A stretch of DNA of 64,000 nt from Dendrobates tinctorius (lineage: Eukaryota). Both the position numbers and the translations under genes were made by a program. The DNA lies in assembly GCF_039654945.1 (NCBI RefSeq), contig NW_027361754.1, forward strand, positions 8,866,001-8,930,000. Reading direction: 5' to 3'. The first letter of the stretch is position 1. Each line of letters opens with the position of its first letter. Below are positions 1 through 13,188 of the stretch, one piece after another. Under the pieces are notes generated by a model. That model saw nothing but the letters and a program-made list of their open reading frames with translations, searched no databases and had not been told where the DNA came from.

Positions 1-337
1 TTCCGCGCAGAAACGCTGCATATCCGCATTGTGATGTACAGTAGCCTTAAATTCAATGAAAAAAAAACCGTTGTGCAGACGCTGCGGATTTTTCCACGTG
101 GTTTTCCTGCGGTACAAAATCCACAGCATGTTACTTCTTTTGTGCGGTTTTCCACCTCCCCTGTCTCCAAATCTGCAGGGGGGAATCCGCAGTGGGAAAC
201 CGCACAAAAACCACAGGAAAACCGCATTAAAAATGGAAGAAATCTGCAGGAAAAATACAGGTCATTTGACCTGCGGATTTCTTCCATTCTGCGCGGAAAA
301 ATCCGCAGGGCAAAAAAGTCCGTCTGCACTCAGCCTT
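1..337. mobile_element. Ends of nested MITEs (gcggattt/aaatccgc-rich family)
   Basis: Repeated ccgca/tgcgg motifs; termini gtacagtagcc|tta at ~46 and ctgcactcagcc|tta at ~335. Confidence 0.55.
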
Positions 338-804
338 AGAGAAACTAATAATTTGCTTTTATTTGCATTTGATAAAAAAAAATCATATATTTTGTTGCAA
401 GTTTTCCCAAAAAACTTAACGTAGAAATAAACCCCTAGATGTTTTCCTCTTAACTCCGCTCCCATAGGACTCTGTGTTAAACCGTTACATGCCCTCTTGC
501 TGCCGATCACGCAGTGAGAGCCTATGTGTGTCCCTGTGTACACTGGTAGCACATGTCTGGCTCGGGGTTTAAAGGGTTTTCCTGTTTTATGTAAATTAAG
601 TTGTCTGTGATGAGACACCCCCTTTAATTTGAAGGCGAATCGTTGTAGGATTGGCACCTGAATCCTAGATGAAAAGCAAAATTTTAGCTGGAGCAAATGA
701 CTACTAGTGTGAAACTTGTCAGCACTTTCTACTCTGGCTTTTAGAGAAGGTCTCAAGAAGGAGACCCCTATATGCAAGCCACGTGTCTGAGGGGACAAGC
801 CTTA

Positions 805-1048
805 TAACCTGGTATACAGCAGGTCTTGTATGGTGTTGCCAATATTTGGTGGACATTGTGGGGTGCTCCTGGGATCTGGCAGGTCTTGAGGGGTGTTCCA
901 GTATCCAGCAGGTTTTGTGGGGTGTTCCAGGTATACGAAGGGTTTTGTGAGTGAGTAAACTGAGGGTCTTTTGAGGTGTTCCCTGAATACGGCAAGTCTT
1001 CTGGGGGTGTTCCCAGTATACAGAGGGTCTTGTGAGGTATTCCCAGTA
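805..1048 (+). repeat. 30-bp minisatellite family B (gggtcttgtggggtgttcccagtatacggc)
   Basis: Degenerate tandem copies. Confidence 0.8.
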
Positions 1049-1415
1049 GGGCCTGTCACACTAAGTGATATCGCTAGCAATATCGCTATAACGTCACTGG
1101 TTTTTGTGACGTTATAGCGATATCGCTAGCGATATCGCTGTGTCTTATACTTACCTCCGACCGCTCCCCCGGTGGTTATCGCTGATCGCGCGAGAACATC
1201 CTGGACCCTTTCTCCTCGTCAGCTTCCTGCTGTGAAGAGCGACGCGTGGACGTGGGCGGGAGGACGTCAGGATTGCCTTGTCTGACAGGTAAGTAGCGAC
1301 CCCCGACCCCTGCGATGTCGCTGCCACTAGCGACCACTTAGCGATGTACCAGCGATCCTGACCGCGTCATATCGCTGGTCGGGATCGCTGGTACATCGCT
1401 AAGTGTGACAGTACC
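1049..1415 (+). mobile_element. Palindromic MITE family A, copy 1
   Basis: gggcctgtcacact ... agtgtgacagtacc with repeated agcgatatcgct palindromes; homologous to copies at 1607, 18277 and 56205. Confidence 0.85.
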
Positions 1416-1606
1416 TAGTGTCACCCCCAGCCTGTATACATGGACCATACTGTAATCATGTCTGCATTAGCATTCCTTGTCCTGTATCTGGTGTGGTCAT
1501 ATATGTTTTTGTTCCTCTCTGCAGGGGTCATCCCCAATACGCAAACCTGCAGACAGGCTGAAGACTGGGTTTCTGGGACATTCTTAATTTTTGGAGCTAT
1601 GTGTAA

Positions 1607-2008
1607 GGGTACCGTCACATTTAGCGATGCACCAGCGATCCCGACCACGATATGACCCGGTCAGGATCGCTGATGCATTGCTAAGTGGTCGCTAGTGAGC
1701 TGCCAAACAGGCAGATCTCACCAGCGACATAGCAGTGGTCGGGGGTCGCTACTTACCTGTCAGAAGAGGCGATCCTGACGCCCTCCCACCTGCGTCCACG
1801 CGTCGCTCGTCGGCGCCAGCAGGAAGCCCAGCAGGATGTGGCCGACGAGAAACGGTCCAGGACGTTCTTGCACGATCAGCGATAATCAGCGGGAGAGCCG
1901 GTCGGAGGTATCACACATAGCGATATCGCTAGCAATATTGCTGCAGCGTCACAAAACTAGTGACGTAATAGCGATATTGCTAGCGATATCGCTTAGTGTA
2001 ACGGGCCC
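1607..2008 (-). mobile_element. Palindromic MITE family A, copy 2 (inverted relative to copy 1)
   Basis: gggtaccgtcacat ... agtgtaacgggccc. Confidence 0.85.
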
Positions 2009-2949
2009 TTTAGTATCTGCCCAACAAGGGGGCTGATCGCAAGAGAGTTAGGACAATAAGCCACATGTTGAGCGAGTTGATGCTGTGTCTTGGGAAGAGC
2101 GAGGATCTGCAGTTGCGGTCAGGTCCTGTGTCATGAATGGAGATAGATCATTTGCCACGTGGGATTGTGATGCCTTACAACCCAGGTGGATTTGAGGACC
2201 GAGTCGAGAGTTTGTCGTTACAAATTCCTTGGCGTCGGATTACCAGTTGGTGCCCCCGGAATTGTCCCTTTTGTGTGGCCACCTTGCAGACTCCAAGGAA
2301 TCTACGTTTGGTGTTATCATTTCCCTGTTTCAATAAAGTTGTTGGAGTGTTCATCAGCTTGCTGTCCCTGCCTGCTCACACACACCATCACAGTGGTGAT
2401 CCCATTATGGAGTGGTTCGTTACCTTTGAGATAACTAACAGCCCTGTCATTTGGGAGAGTATGTGATGCCGTATATGAGACGTATCAAAAAGTTGCAGAA
2501 GTTTTCATTATAGAGTTAGGACGTATCTCCTCCAGACTCAGTGGTGACAGGGTCATTCCCACTCTACTGTGGGATACGTGCAGTTTAGCAAAGGACAGGT
2601 AAATGTTCAGTCATGGCTGCACAATGATACGTAATGTATAGGAACAGCAGCCTTTTGTATGTGATGGCTTATGGCCACCCGGAAACTTGATTCACATAGG
2701 ATCACGCACTGGAAATACTCCCCCGGCTTTATAGAAGCTGAGCTATATAGCCAGACAGTGACACCATAGCTCCAGCTGCTTGCACAGGCCAGGACTCGTT
2801 AGTACACTGTGAGCTCACACAGAACACACCTACAAATGAGAACATGATGGCTTGGCCCCTGAAGCCATGAAAATAAGAAAATGGAGCAAAGTGCCACGCC
2901 ACCAGTGACTGTGGCCATAGAAATGTCACCTGTGACCAAAGGTGGAGGA

Positions 2950-3245
2950 ACCCAGTGTACGGAAGGTTTCGTGGGGTGTTCCCGGTGTATGGTGTTTCTT
3001 GTAGGTTGTTCCCGGTGTAGAGGGTCTTGTGATGTGTTCCTGGTATACAGAAGGTCTTGGGAGATGTTCCCGGTATATGGAGGGTCTTGTGGAGTGTTCC
3101 CAGTATACGGCGGGTCTTGTGGAGTGTTCCCATATACGGAAGTTCTGTAGGGTGTTCCCAGTATACGGCAGATATTGTGGGGTGTTCCCGATATACGGCA
3201 GATATTGTGGAATGTTCCCGGTATATGGCGGGTCCTGTGGAGAGT
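2950..3245 (+). repeat. 30-bp minisatellite family B
   Basis: About 10 copies with 30-bp period. Confidence 0.85.
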
Positions 3246-4829
3246 TGCTGACCACTCTCCACTGATGAAAGCTCTTACACTAGGTATGTGAGCATCAGAC
3301 CTGGTCCATGGTGCAATGGATAAAGGTGGTCTCATGAATCGTTTTCCATCATGGACTTTGGGGGAAACAAAGTGATGGACATTTTGCACTACAATAGTGC
3401 AATGTTCTGTTGGCATCATCGGGATGTGACACATGCCACCTACGTACACATTCTACGGCATCCCTTTCATAGCAGTGTGATTCTCTAATGATAGCGCCTC
3501 ATCTCTTTCATTAGATAGTGATTATTTAATGAGGAACATAAAAGATCAAAGGTGATGATTCAAAATTGTAAAATATCAATCCGATCATTCATCTGTGGGA
3601 TGAGCAAAGCTCAAGATTTGCTGAAGAAATGTGAAGTTCAGGCAATGATGGGTCAGCACAGAGTCCTCCAACATTTTAGTCTGCAGCTGGTCGGTCTCTC
3701 TCCCTCAGGCTTTCTACGTGTCCACTTTGTTGTAGTTTTACTGTTATTTTCATGAACAATTCTAATTTGCTTATTTGTGGCAAAGGTACAGTGTAAAATA
3801 AAGTTACATGCAGGAAATTCTGGGACACAATTTATGTCAAACCGGAGATCGCATGGAAGTCTCTGCGTGGACACTTCACATTCAGGCTCCAGATTTCTTA
3901 CTATTTTTCTCCTTGAGTTTTGCTTTTTAGCAACAGGAAAATAACCTGTTTTCATCACCAGACTGTAAGAAGCAGCAGCCCTGGGGGAAGCAGGTGAGTG
4001 CAGGATTAGTCATAGGCAGTGCTGAGATAATACTTGTGCCTGCAATCTAAATCCGCCCAGGACGGAGTCACCCCCACTGTGTGCGAATGGCAAGGACAGG
4101 AAAACAGGCGGCCGCTGAGAGTGCGATCGATGGTGAATCAGAAGAAATACATTGGAGATTTCTCTAGGCCATTCACAATCCAAAGAGCAAAAACTGAGAA
4201 CCCATGGCACACTTTTATAGCGGCAACGTATTCTGTGGCAACGTACATAGACTGTACTGACCCACAGCAGCCACACCAAACTCCTCTATGTACTAGGAAG
4301 ACTATGAACCTGGCAAGCTCTAGTGTGATCCCTTTGGTGCCATATTATAAAAAGCAGATTTTTTTTTTTTAATAAACGAACATAGGAATGGGACTCATCA
4401 GTCTGGATGTAAAGAAAAGGAAGAAAAGCATTCTTCCATTCATTGACAGCAGGCAGAGATTTCAAAATTTTGGTTTAGGTGGCAATATTAAGGAAGGCCA
4501 TCGATCATGTAATCTGTACCGTGGTGCGTAGGTGTCACACAACTGCACATGCGGGAGTAGTATACAGCCCGATTGTGGCTGCCATATTGTAATGTGAAAT
4601 TCCCACTCTTATCCTGCATGATTTACTTTAAATTCTCTACTCCTGAAAATATTTCTGATATCCGACTCCTTGCCACACACCTCCGTGCCGCCTGCCATTC
4701 CTAATATGTGATAGATCGGCCGGTGGTGCACAGCTCACAGATACCAGTGCCATCCTGTAATACCTGGGTAACATGTCCGTTCATGATATTTCTTCCTTCT
4801 GAATCTTCCCCATCACCTGTGAGTGATAT

Positions 4830-6060
4830 CACTGAGAAGTGTAAGGAACCGCAGCAACTCAGCCACAAAGTGGAGACCTCGTAAAGTTACAGAGCAGGAG
4901 GCCAAGTGCTGAGGAGCAGAGGGCAGAAAAGTTACCACTGCTCTCAGGGCTGTGGAGTCGGTAAGCCAAACCTGTGACTCCGACTCCTCAATTTCCCTTA
5001 CACCGACTCCGACTCCCACACATATTGCTTATATTTAAGTGAAAAATTTATTGTAGTACAATGTGAACCTCAGACATTTAATCATTTTTATGATCCAATA
5101 ATCAAGATATTTAGATAGAACAGAATATATATTGGTGTACTACCCGGTTTTCATTCTTTTTGGTACAGATACGATATGGATAGACAGATATGGATAAATG
5201 GATATATAGATAGAGCAGATTTCTTATCTGCTTTTGCTATTGAAAACATTATCTATGAGCTCAAAAACCTTTCAGATGATGCGGTTTTTTAAAAAGATGA
5301 TCAGCTTTTGCAGCTGAAAAACGTATCCTCAAAAAACACAGGAAAAACGCTGTGTGTGAATGTAGCCTTATATCAGGAATATAACAGCCATTTATATGAC
5401 ATTTCATAACTTTCCTAAAATCCTATGAAAAAATATTCAGCACATCCTGCATTGAATTACTGTACCCAATTTATTATATATTTTAGGAGTCGGAGTCGGT
5501 CTACCGACTCCAACTCCGACTCCACCAAAATGAGCTCCGACTCCACGACTCCACAGCCCTGACTGCTCTGATTCCCATAACTACAGAGTCCAGACCTCCT
5601 CTGGTATTAACATCAGCACAAGCACTGCTTCCTCTCCAATAGCTTCATGGCCGAGCAGCTGTATGCAGACGTAGATCACCAAGCACAATGCCGAGCGTTG
5701 GATGGAGTGGAGTAAAGCCGCCACCACTGGAAGAGAAGAGTTCTGTGCAGTGACAGATTGCGCTTCTTTATCTGCGTTTTATGGAGAAGTCTGGGTTTGA
5801 TGATTCCAAAGATTATTATTATTCTAGGAGGACGTTATCCCCTGACTCCATTGTGCTCCCTGTACAGATGGTCGAGGAGGATAATGCTATGGGCTTGTAA
5901 TCAGGGTTGGACAATTGTAGCTTTCAGCTTTTTGAGAACAGTTTGCGATGACCCTTTTCTGTTCCCCATGACTGCGTCCAGTGTGCAAGGTCCATACAGA
6001 CATGGGGTGGGGGGGAGGGGTTTGATGGAAGAAACCGACCCATCACACAGAACCCAAACC
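4830..6060 (+). mobile_element. Old Tc1-like relic interrupted by the hAT element
   Basis: Degenerate transposase-like DNA continues across the hAT TSD (aacatcagcacaagcactg...ttcatggccgagcagctg...ccaccactgga); no ORF remains. Confidence 0.5.
4945..5561. mobile_element. Non-autonomous hAT element
   Basis: TIR cagggctgtggagtcg / cgactccacagccctg; perfect 8-bp TSD actgctct (4937-4944, 5562-5569); subterminal (gactcc)n. Confidence 0.9.
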
Positions 6061-9000
6061 CCAACCAACACCTAGAATGGAGATTATGAGCGGAGCCGTT
6101 ATAATCTGCAGAGGAGCCGAGTCCATATTAATGTGAAAGGCTGTAGGATGGGAGCACAGGGAAGACCCTGGAGGAGGGCTGTGTGGGGGGCACATACCCT
6201 TATATATTATGTAGCTGTATACACATTTGAGCTCGTATACACCAGAGAAAAAAGAGGAGCAAACGAATTGCAAATTTTTTTTTATTAAATATCATATAAA
6301 GTGCACGTCATATAAAGTGCCAATTTAATTGCAGATGAAAACACATACCCACGACAGCCCACATCTCCGACCAAGATGGAAAAAAAAACCCCTGATGAAG
6401 GTAAATCCCACAATGAATTAACTGTGTATATATATATCTGCCCTATTGGAATATAACGCCTAGTGGCCACTTATAAAATGTAGGTCCCAAGGATAGATCA
6501 CAAAATAATATAGAGGAGACATCTACAGACATCCCACGTTATCCCAAGGATACAGGTTACACATTGGACTCATTGTCAGCCCTAATAATGGTCCACAGTG
6601 TGGGGGCTTACCAGAGGAAGCGGAGGGAGGGTGGGCACCTGGCAGAGGAACCCCCCAATATACATCCATAGTCATTTATGGATAAGTAAATAAATAATTG
6701 CGCAAAAGAACACTCCCGTACATTGGGAACCCAGCTTCATATGACGTTGTGCACTTTATATGATATTTAATAAAATTTATTGACATTTTTTGCAACTCAT
6801 CGTTTGCTCTATTTTTTCTCTGGTGTATAACTGATTATTGGAGTTGATGTGGCCTCTGCCTGAGGTGGACAAACTTTTTTGCTTCTATCCTCTGGCATGG
6901 CAGCAGCCTATATGGGATTTCTATTATCATTGAGCTCTTGTGAGCAGGGTTCAGACCTCTTCTGGATTAATAGTTTGCCATGTAACCCTTGGTTTCCTCT
7001 GTACCACCCCCATCGTACTCTGCATACATAATCGCTTGCAGTAAATAAGACTAGTGCACACAGGAAGATTAAAAGTAAGATTCATGTTGTCTTGCTGAGA
7101 TTTACACTGATTGGTAGACAGGATGCACTGTTTCTTATTGTGCAAACATCAGGTTGGAGAAGGGACGGAGAATCTGCTCTAATAATACGAGACATCGGAT
7201 CTAGGAGGAGATGTGGACCCTCTATCAGATCGGGTCATCACATCACTGAACGGCAGGGACCACAAGCTGTGAAGACGATTCATTCAGGGTTGTGATATCA
7301 CTGAGGTACGAGGCGCTTTGGAGGGGATGTCTCCAGATTAGGATTTTATATGCATCAAATTCTAACATGAGGCTACACTCATTCTTAAAGGAACCCTGTC
7401 TCTCCGTCAGCCTACAGCTAAGCCTAACCTTCGAGGAGAAACAGCAAGACAAGTAAAAAAAAAAAAAAAAAAAGCATTCAAAGAGCTTGAATCCTCTTTG
7501 TAAGCCCTTCCCTTATGACTTCTTGGAATGAGAATTTTAATTTTACTGTAGTCAGGGGGTGGAGCTCATCTAGTACCCCAATGATTGCCTGGAAGTAGAG
7601 TTCAGCAGAATAGTTTGCAGGAACCTGATGCAGTGGCCACCTTAGGAAGTCCTGCACACCTCCTACTACCTACACCTCTACTGATGAGTAGGAAGGCCTC
7701 AATGGATGCTTGACGTCACACGGCCCTACTCATCAGAAGAGGCGTGGGGATGCTGGAAGGCAGACGGAAGGTCACAGGCCTTTGGTCCAGTGGCTATGGA
7801 TTACCAACGTGGCCGCTGCAGCAGGGTCCTGTGACGCTTTGTGCTCAGTTTTGGCAGCTAGTAATGGAAGATTACTAATTTTGCTTCTTTAACATCTCAC
7901 AAATGTGTGGCTTCTGCACTGGAGACAGTGCGCTCCCCAGGTTTTCGAGGAACGGATCTAGTTTCTGGCGCACACGGATCAGCTGCCATCTGTGTACTGT
8001 CTGTAGGAGGCACAAAGTTCTTACCACAAAGAGAAAAGAAAATATTGCTGTAAACACATATGTAGGAGTAGTTTCTCATATTTAAGGATAGGGCACATAT
8101 ATGCAGATCACATCTGTGAGGGAGGGTCTGTGAGCAGAGACCCCACATAATACAAAAGGTGGCTTTACTGAATGCGCAACACATTTCCAATGGGCTCCAG
8201 AAGAGGACAGTGCTATATAACAGTATATCTGAAGGGTCATTATTATGGCAGCAACACCTGTCGTCCTACAAGATTGAGACCCCAATGGGGCAGCTCCCTG
8301 TTTTATAAAGCATCATGGTCTCTTACAGTTAGAGATAACTGGGGGTTGTAGCTCACAGGTGACCTCCCTTGATCGAGCATATAGATCCCCAACCCAGCAG
8401 TTAGTACATCACATCTCATACGGCATCAGTGACCCTGTAAACAAAAATTCAGTTATAAGAAAAAGCATCAGAAAGGAAATTATCTGATCCCATTGTGAAC
8501 AGGAGTGCCGTTATGACCAGGAAGACTGCACCAGACATTAAGAAGACATTGCTACCCAGGATGATATTATCTTCTTCATGGCCATTACATAAAATAAGGG
8601 TCTCAGGTGACCGATACAAATATATTACTGTGAGAGGAGAAAGTAATAAAGGGCGTAGGGGGGCAAGACCCAAATAAACACTTGGCGAATATTATAAAGG
8701 TGGGGTCCATCAGGCAAAGGCTCATATACAGCGAGACATTAACTTAGGGCCGATACTGCAGCTTCTGACTATGGGCAGCACAAAAGAGCAGCTAACATTT
8801 GGATCAAGGGATGCAGATACTGTCCAGGACCGTACATGCGTCGTATTCCGAGTCTCTGATGTAACGCCTCTTACCTCTGGCCGTGGAAGTGAGAAATGAT
8901 GGAGAACCCTTCCAAGGCTACATCCACACACCACATATCAAGGACTTTATTGCAGACATGCTGCGGATTTCTCAGTAATTATTCTGCAGTTTCCTTCAAA

Positions 9001-10091
9001 TCCACAGGATGTAAATATATGCTGCGGATATTTTAAGCATCATGTGGTTAAAATTGCTTAAATTACTCTCCATAGCCACCTCCTGTGCATGTACCCCACT
9101 ACCTGTCAGGACACCTTGTAATTACTTCAATACATGTAGGTCATTCCTAGGACCGGACTATTACCACAGGCAGAATCCATGCAGTCTAACCATTCCTAGG
9201 ACCAGGACCCTTCACCTAGCCAGAATCCATGCAACCTAACCATTCCTCGATCACATTAATGGAGTAGGAGGCACATCATGCCTCAGTGAGACCACCAACA
9301 AAGAACTGAATGTCAGTCTAGCTGAGAGAGCGGCCGGTTGCCACTGTCTGGTCGGAGCGGCACCACTGCTACACATATGGCACACGATGGAGTAACGTAA
9401 AAAGCGTGACATATCAAAATAAAAAGTGAAGCAGCCCGCCCGCCCACCCATCCCTCCCACTTTTCAGACTGTGCCTACCCAATGTCAGACAAAAGAAACA
9501 TTAAAAAATAAATGAATAAATGAATCCATTTTCTTGTGCTTCCAAGGTAAAATAAATCAAGACAGAAGCACATACATCGCCCTCCCCCACACTGGTAATA
9601 AATACTGCAAAAGCTTACTTCTTTTAAGTCAAAAAACACAGTGTAACAGCCAAAGCGCTGACATCATCAATAATTAAAAAAGAAAATTACAATATGAACC
9701 TAAAAGTCTGTACACGCGAATCCAACGCAGAGCACAGACCTCAGCAGTCGCCTTCCCCACCACGGAAATCAGGCGGGAGTGTGGATCGACCTCTCATTTT
9801 AGAAACAAGAGTGATGGCAAAACGCCCCCCCCAAAACATCAACATAGGAAGAAAAATGCTTCTGCTGACGAAGAAAGTCCGCTCTTCGTGTGTCAGGCCA
9901 CCATGTTGTTTTGGTTGGTTTCTCGTAGTCAGTAGACGACGGGAAGAGTCTTAAAAGTAGAAGGATGAAATTAAATCATATTAGAAACTTGGGAGAGACT
10001 GAAGAGTTGTCGGGAGGACGAGAAGGAGAACTCCGGGGCATCTCTGCCTCAACCATCTGTGCTCTGGGATTTGGCAATGGTGGCTTCACTG

Positions 10092-10150
10092 TTACTGCCT
10101 TCGATCTTCCGCCTCTGACCTGGAGAACGCCATCACCACATCCTCAGCAC
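10092..10150 (-). CDS. CTNNBIP1: CTNNBIP1 last coding exon
   Basis: (G)AEDVVMAFSRSEAEDRRQ-TAA after acceptor tctcttgcag; phase 1 matches the upstream exon. Confidence 0.95.
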
Positions 10151-13100
10151 CTGCAAGAGAAAGATGGAAGGTAAAAACTGAAGAAAGATTCATCGTTGGG
10201 AGCGTAGTTGATTCTAAGAAATGTCAGCCACGACCATTGTGTGATGTCATCTGTTAGATATCCCCAATTCTGACTGATGGTTTGTAATAGTAAGATCCAG
10301 ACAGGGACTGAAATGCATCAGCGTTGGGTTTGCATATGGAACGCGACTTCTGTCTCCCGTGTAAAACTTTGAGGAGCCATGTGCTTGGTGTCATTTAATG
10401 CTGGTTTTATAAAGCGACAAATATTGTGTCGGCTAAAACTTGCAATGTGTGTAGTGTCATGGTGAATGTGGCCAGTTTGCAGTCGCAAAGAATCCAAACC
10501 TGCAGGATTTTTTTCTGTAGGGCGCGCCTGCTTGCATTAACCTGGCACGATGCGACCACACTCATGCACCTTAAGCTTTGATGCTTGCCTCATGTGTCGT
10601 GACCAAAGTCGCCATGTTGCCCAATGCCAGATCCCTTACAGATCAATATTTTATAGATGCAAAAAAAGAAAACACAAATTGCATCTGAGTCGCGGTCACA
10701 AGCAACTTACACCGGGGATAAAAGCTGCAAAAATTTCACAAGGAATTACAGTTGTGGATCGTAACGTGGCACCACGACCGCGCACGTAACGATTGTCAAA
10801 TGGGAAGATTGTCATGTCTGTCGCCTTGTCCTTAAGCCACAGACACGCTGAGCTCTGCTACATCAGCTTTTATGGTATATTTTGTGCATAGGATGCCTGC
10901 ACTACGTAGAGATGATAGGAGCCATGACAAGGCCCATCTCTGAGCAGCAGCACAGCGTAGTTTCTTGTTTTTTTCTTTTTATAGCCGCTATGCCAATTAA
11001 CATGCCCGACTGCAACCACCTTCAACGCCAGAGAAATGAAATTCACATCGTATCAAAGAGCCGCGCAACTTCTCTGCGGCTTTGTATTTCAAGCTGTGTG
11101 TGCGCCGACAGTTGAGGGGATGTGCCAAGAACCAGCACTTTAATAATCCCCCATCACAATCCTACAGGAGGCTGCCTCCCTTACCAGCAGAGCGAGGAGA
11201 CCGCTCTCTTCAGTTACCATGGCGACGGATGGATAAGCCGGGAGGGCACGGAAAGCTGCAGGTTGACGTTTGGATACCTAATGAGGACGGAGAATTACAG
11301 AGGATTCAGCAGACGGCCTGATTAATGCGCCACAGTGACTCGAGCGCCAGGCAAGATTGTGGGTACATCTCCGGGAACATCACCGCTGCCGCCGGCAGAG
11401 TTCCTTTATAAAACAAGTTGCCCTTCTCATCCAGAGCCTCCTGGTTCATAAATATAAAGCCTGCTCTGACCTTCAGGCATATGATCAAAATTAAGGGAAG
11501 GTGCAATACAGAAAATTACACGCCATTTGGCTGTGGAGGATATAATGGCGTCTCTTAGTACTTACTACTTTCTGCACCACCTTATGGCTGGTAAATAGGT
11601 ACACCAAAGATTTGGGTTGAAAATGTTGCAAAATGTTAATACATTGGGAGCTTTTATGACTCTGGGCAGCAGAGCCATCTTCATCTTACAGGAAAAGAAA
11701 AGGCGTCAGTATCACGTAACACTTTTGGTCTTACACTTGCTTTCAATACAACCTCGAGCATTCCTGCTGTCACTACAACTCCCAGCATCTGGAAACTCCT
11801 CATGCCGGGGCCGGGCTTCTATCCCAGAGTCACAAAAATGCAATAATCTGAGGTGTAACCTCAGCCTGTAGTCACCAGGCAGACACGGATTAGAGTGCAA
11901 GCTCCTCTGCATCCAACATGTGGCTTGTATACAACTGGAGATTATGTTGGCCGGGGAAGGACTGCTCATCTCGCTACAGTGAAATAGCACAGAAAGAGGA
12001 CTTAAAAATCCTCCAATAATAGAAAACAGCAAAAGAGCAGAAAGGTTTACCCGTCCAGGCCTCCAGACAAATGCACTATCAGGATACAGTGGACCCATAT
12101 AATTAAGATGGCAACACAGGTGCAAGAATACCGATGAAACAACCGCTCACAGCCTACCAATTCATGGAGGGGGCGGCTGCCTGGAATGTTAATGCACAAT
12201 AAAACACTTGCATGCGGCGCTGTTCACACTATGGCCATGCACAGCATCCAGGCCAGCCTAGTAGTGACACCCTTCTATTAGCTCAGGAGACCTTTGGCGC
12301 AGGTTGCGGGCTCACGTATTTTGGCCAAAATATCAGCTAAAACTCCACATTTTTTAATGTGTTTTTTGTCTGGCAGCCTGGACAGGTAAACCTTTTTGCT
12401 CTTTTGCTGTCATCTCGCTACAGCCAAAAGTTGGGACCAGGATATTGCAAGCCATACCCATTAAATGCAAACCTAAGGCCATGGTCAGACTTTGCGGATT
12501 TGTAAAAAAAAAAAAATAAAAAAATAAAAAAAAAGGCAAATTTGAAGATTTGAAGAAATTTACATTAATGTACTTGTTGACAGGTTTTCAAAACCCCGCT
12601 CACATGCAGCAGAAATCTGAGCACGCTCATTCTTGTGCCTAAATGTGGTGGATTTTACCATTTGCATTGGGCGGTATCCGCTAAAAGCAGATTTGTGGAA
12701 AACAATCTTAAGCACTTTAAATCCAAAAGGAAAAAGAATTGCTCATTTGTTCCGGTCGGATCCACTCCTGTGAATGAAGCCCGACCTGTACAATCTCCTA
12801 CGTGACAGACCCTCGGTGGCAGCAATAACCCGGGAGAAGACGTGCGTGCGGTATACTACTGGCAATGCACAAAGCTGTGAAGGTGCAGAACGTGAAGAGG
12901 CGAGTGACAGGTCCTCCCACACCGCCACCACCTACACCCGACACGCCATCTGCTTCATTTCATTTTTTTACAAACTTTCATCCAACAAGACTATTTATAA
13001 CATCTGAGCTAATCACATGCTGGAAAGGTAAAATGATGAATTTTTTTGCGGAATTGTATAAAAAAACCTGAGGTTTTTTTTTTTTACATTCATTACATTT

Positions 13101-13156
13101 TTTGCAAAGCAAAAAAAAAATAAAATAAAAAAAAATAATTAGATAGAGAGAGATAT

Positions 13157-13188
<32 letters not shown>

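Noticed and set aside
2729-3449. 177- and 216-aa ORFs with repeated YTGNTPQDPP
   Set aside because: Products of the 30-bp minisatellite, also seen at four other sites.
8946-8951. AATAAA (minus) as the CTNNBIP1 poly-A site
   Set aside because: It falls in MITE-like sequence and other candidates exist further on; the 3' end cannot be fixed from sequence alone.
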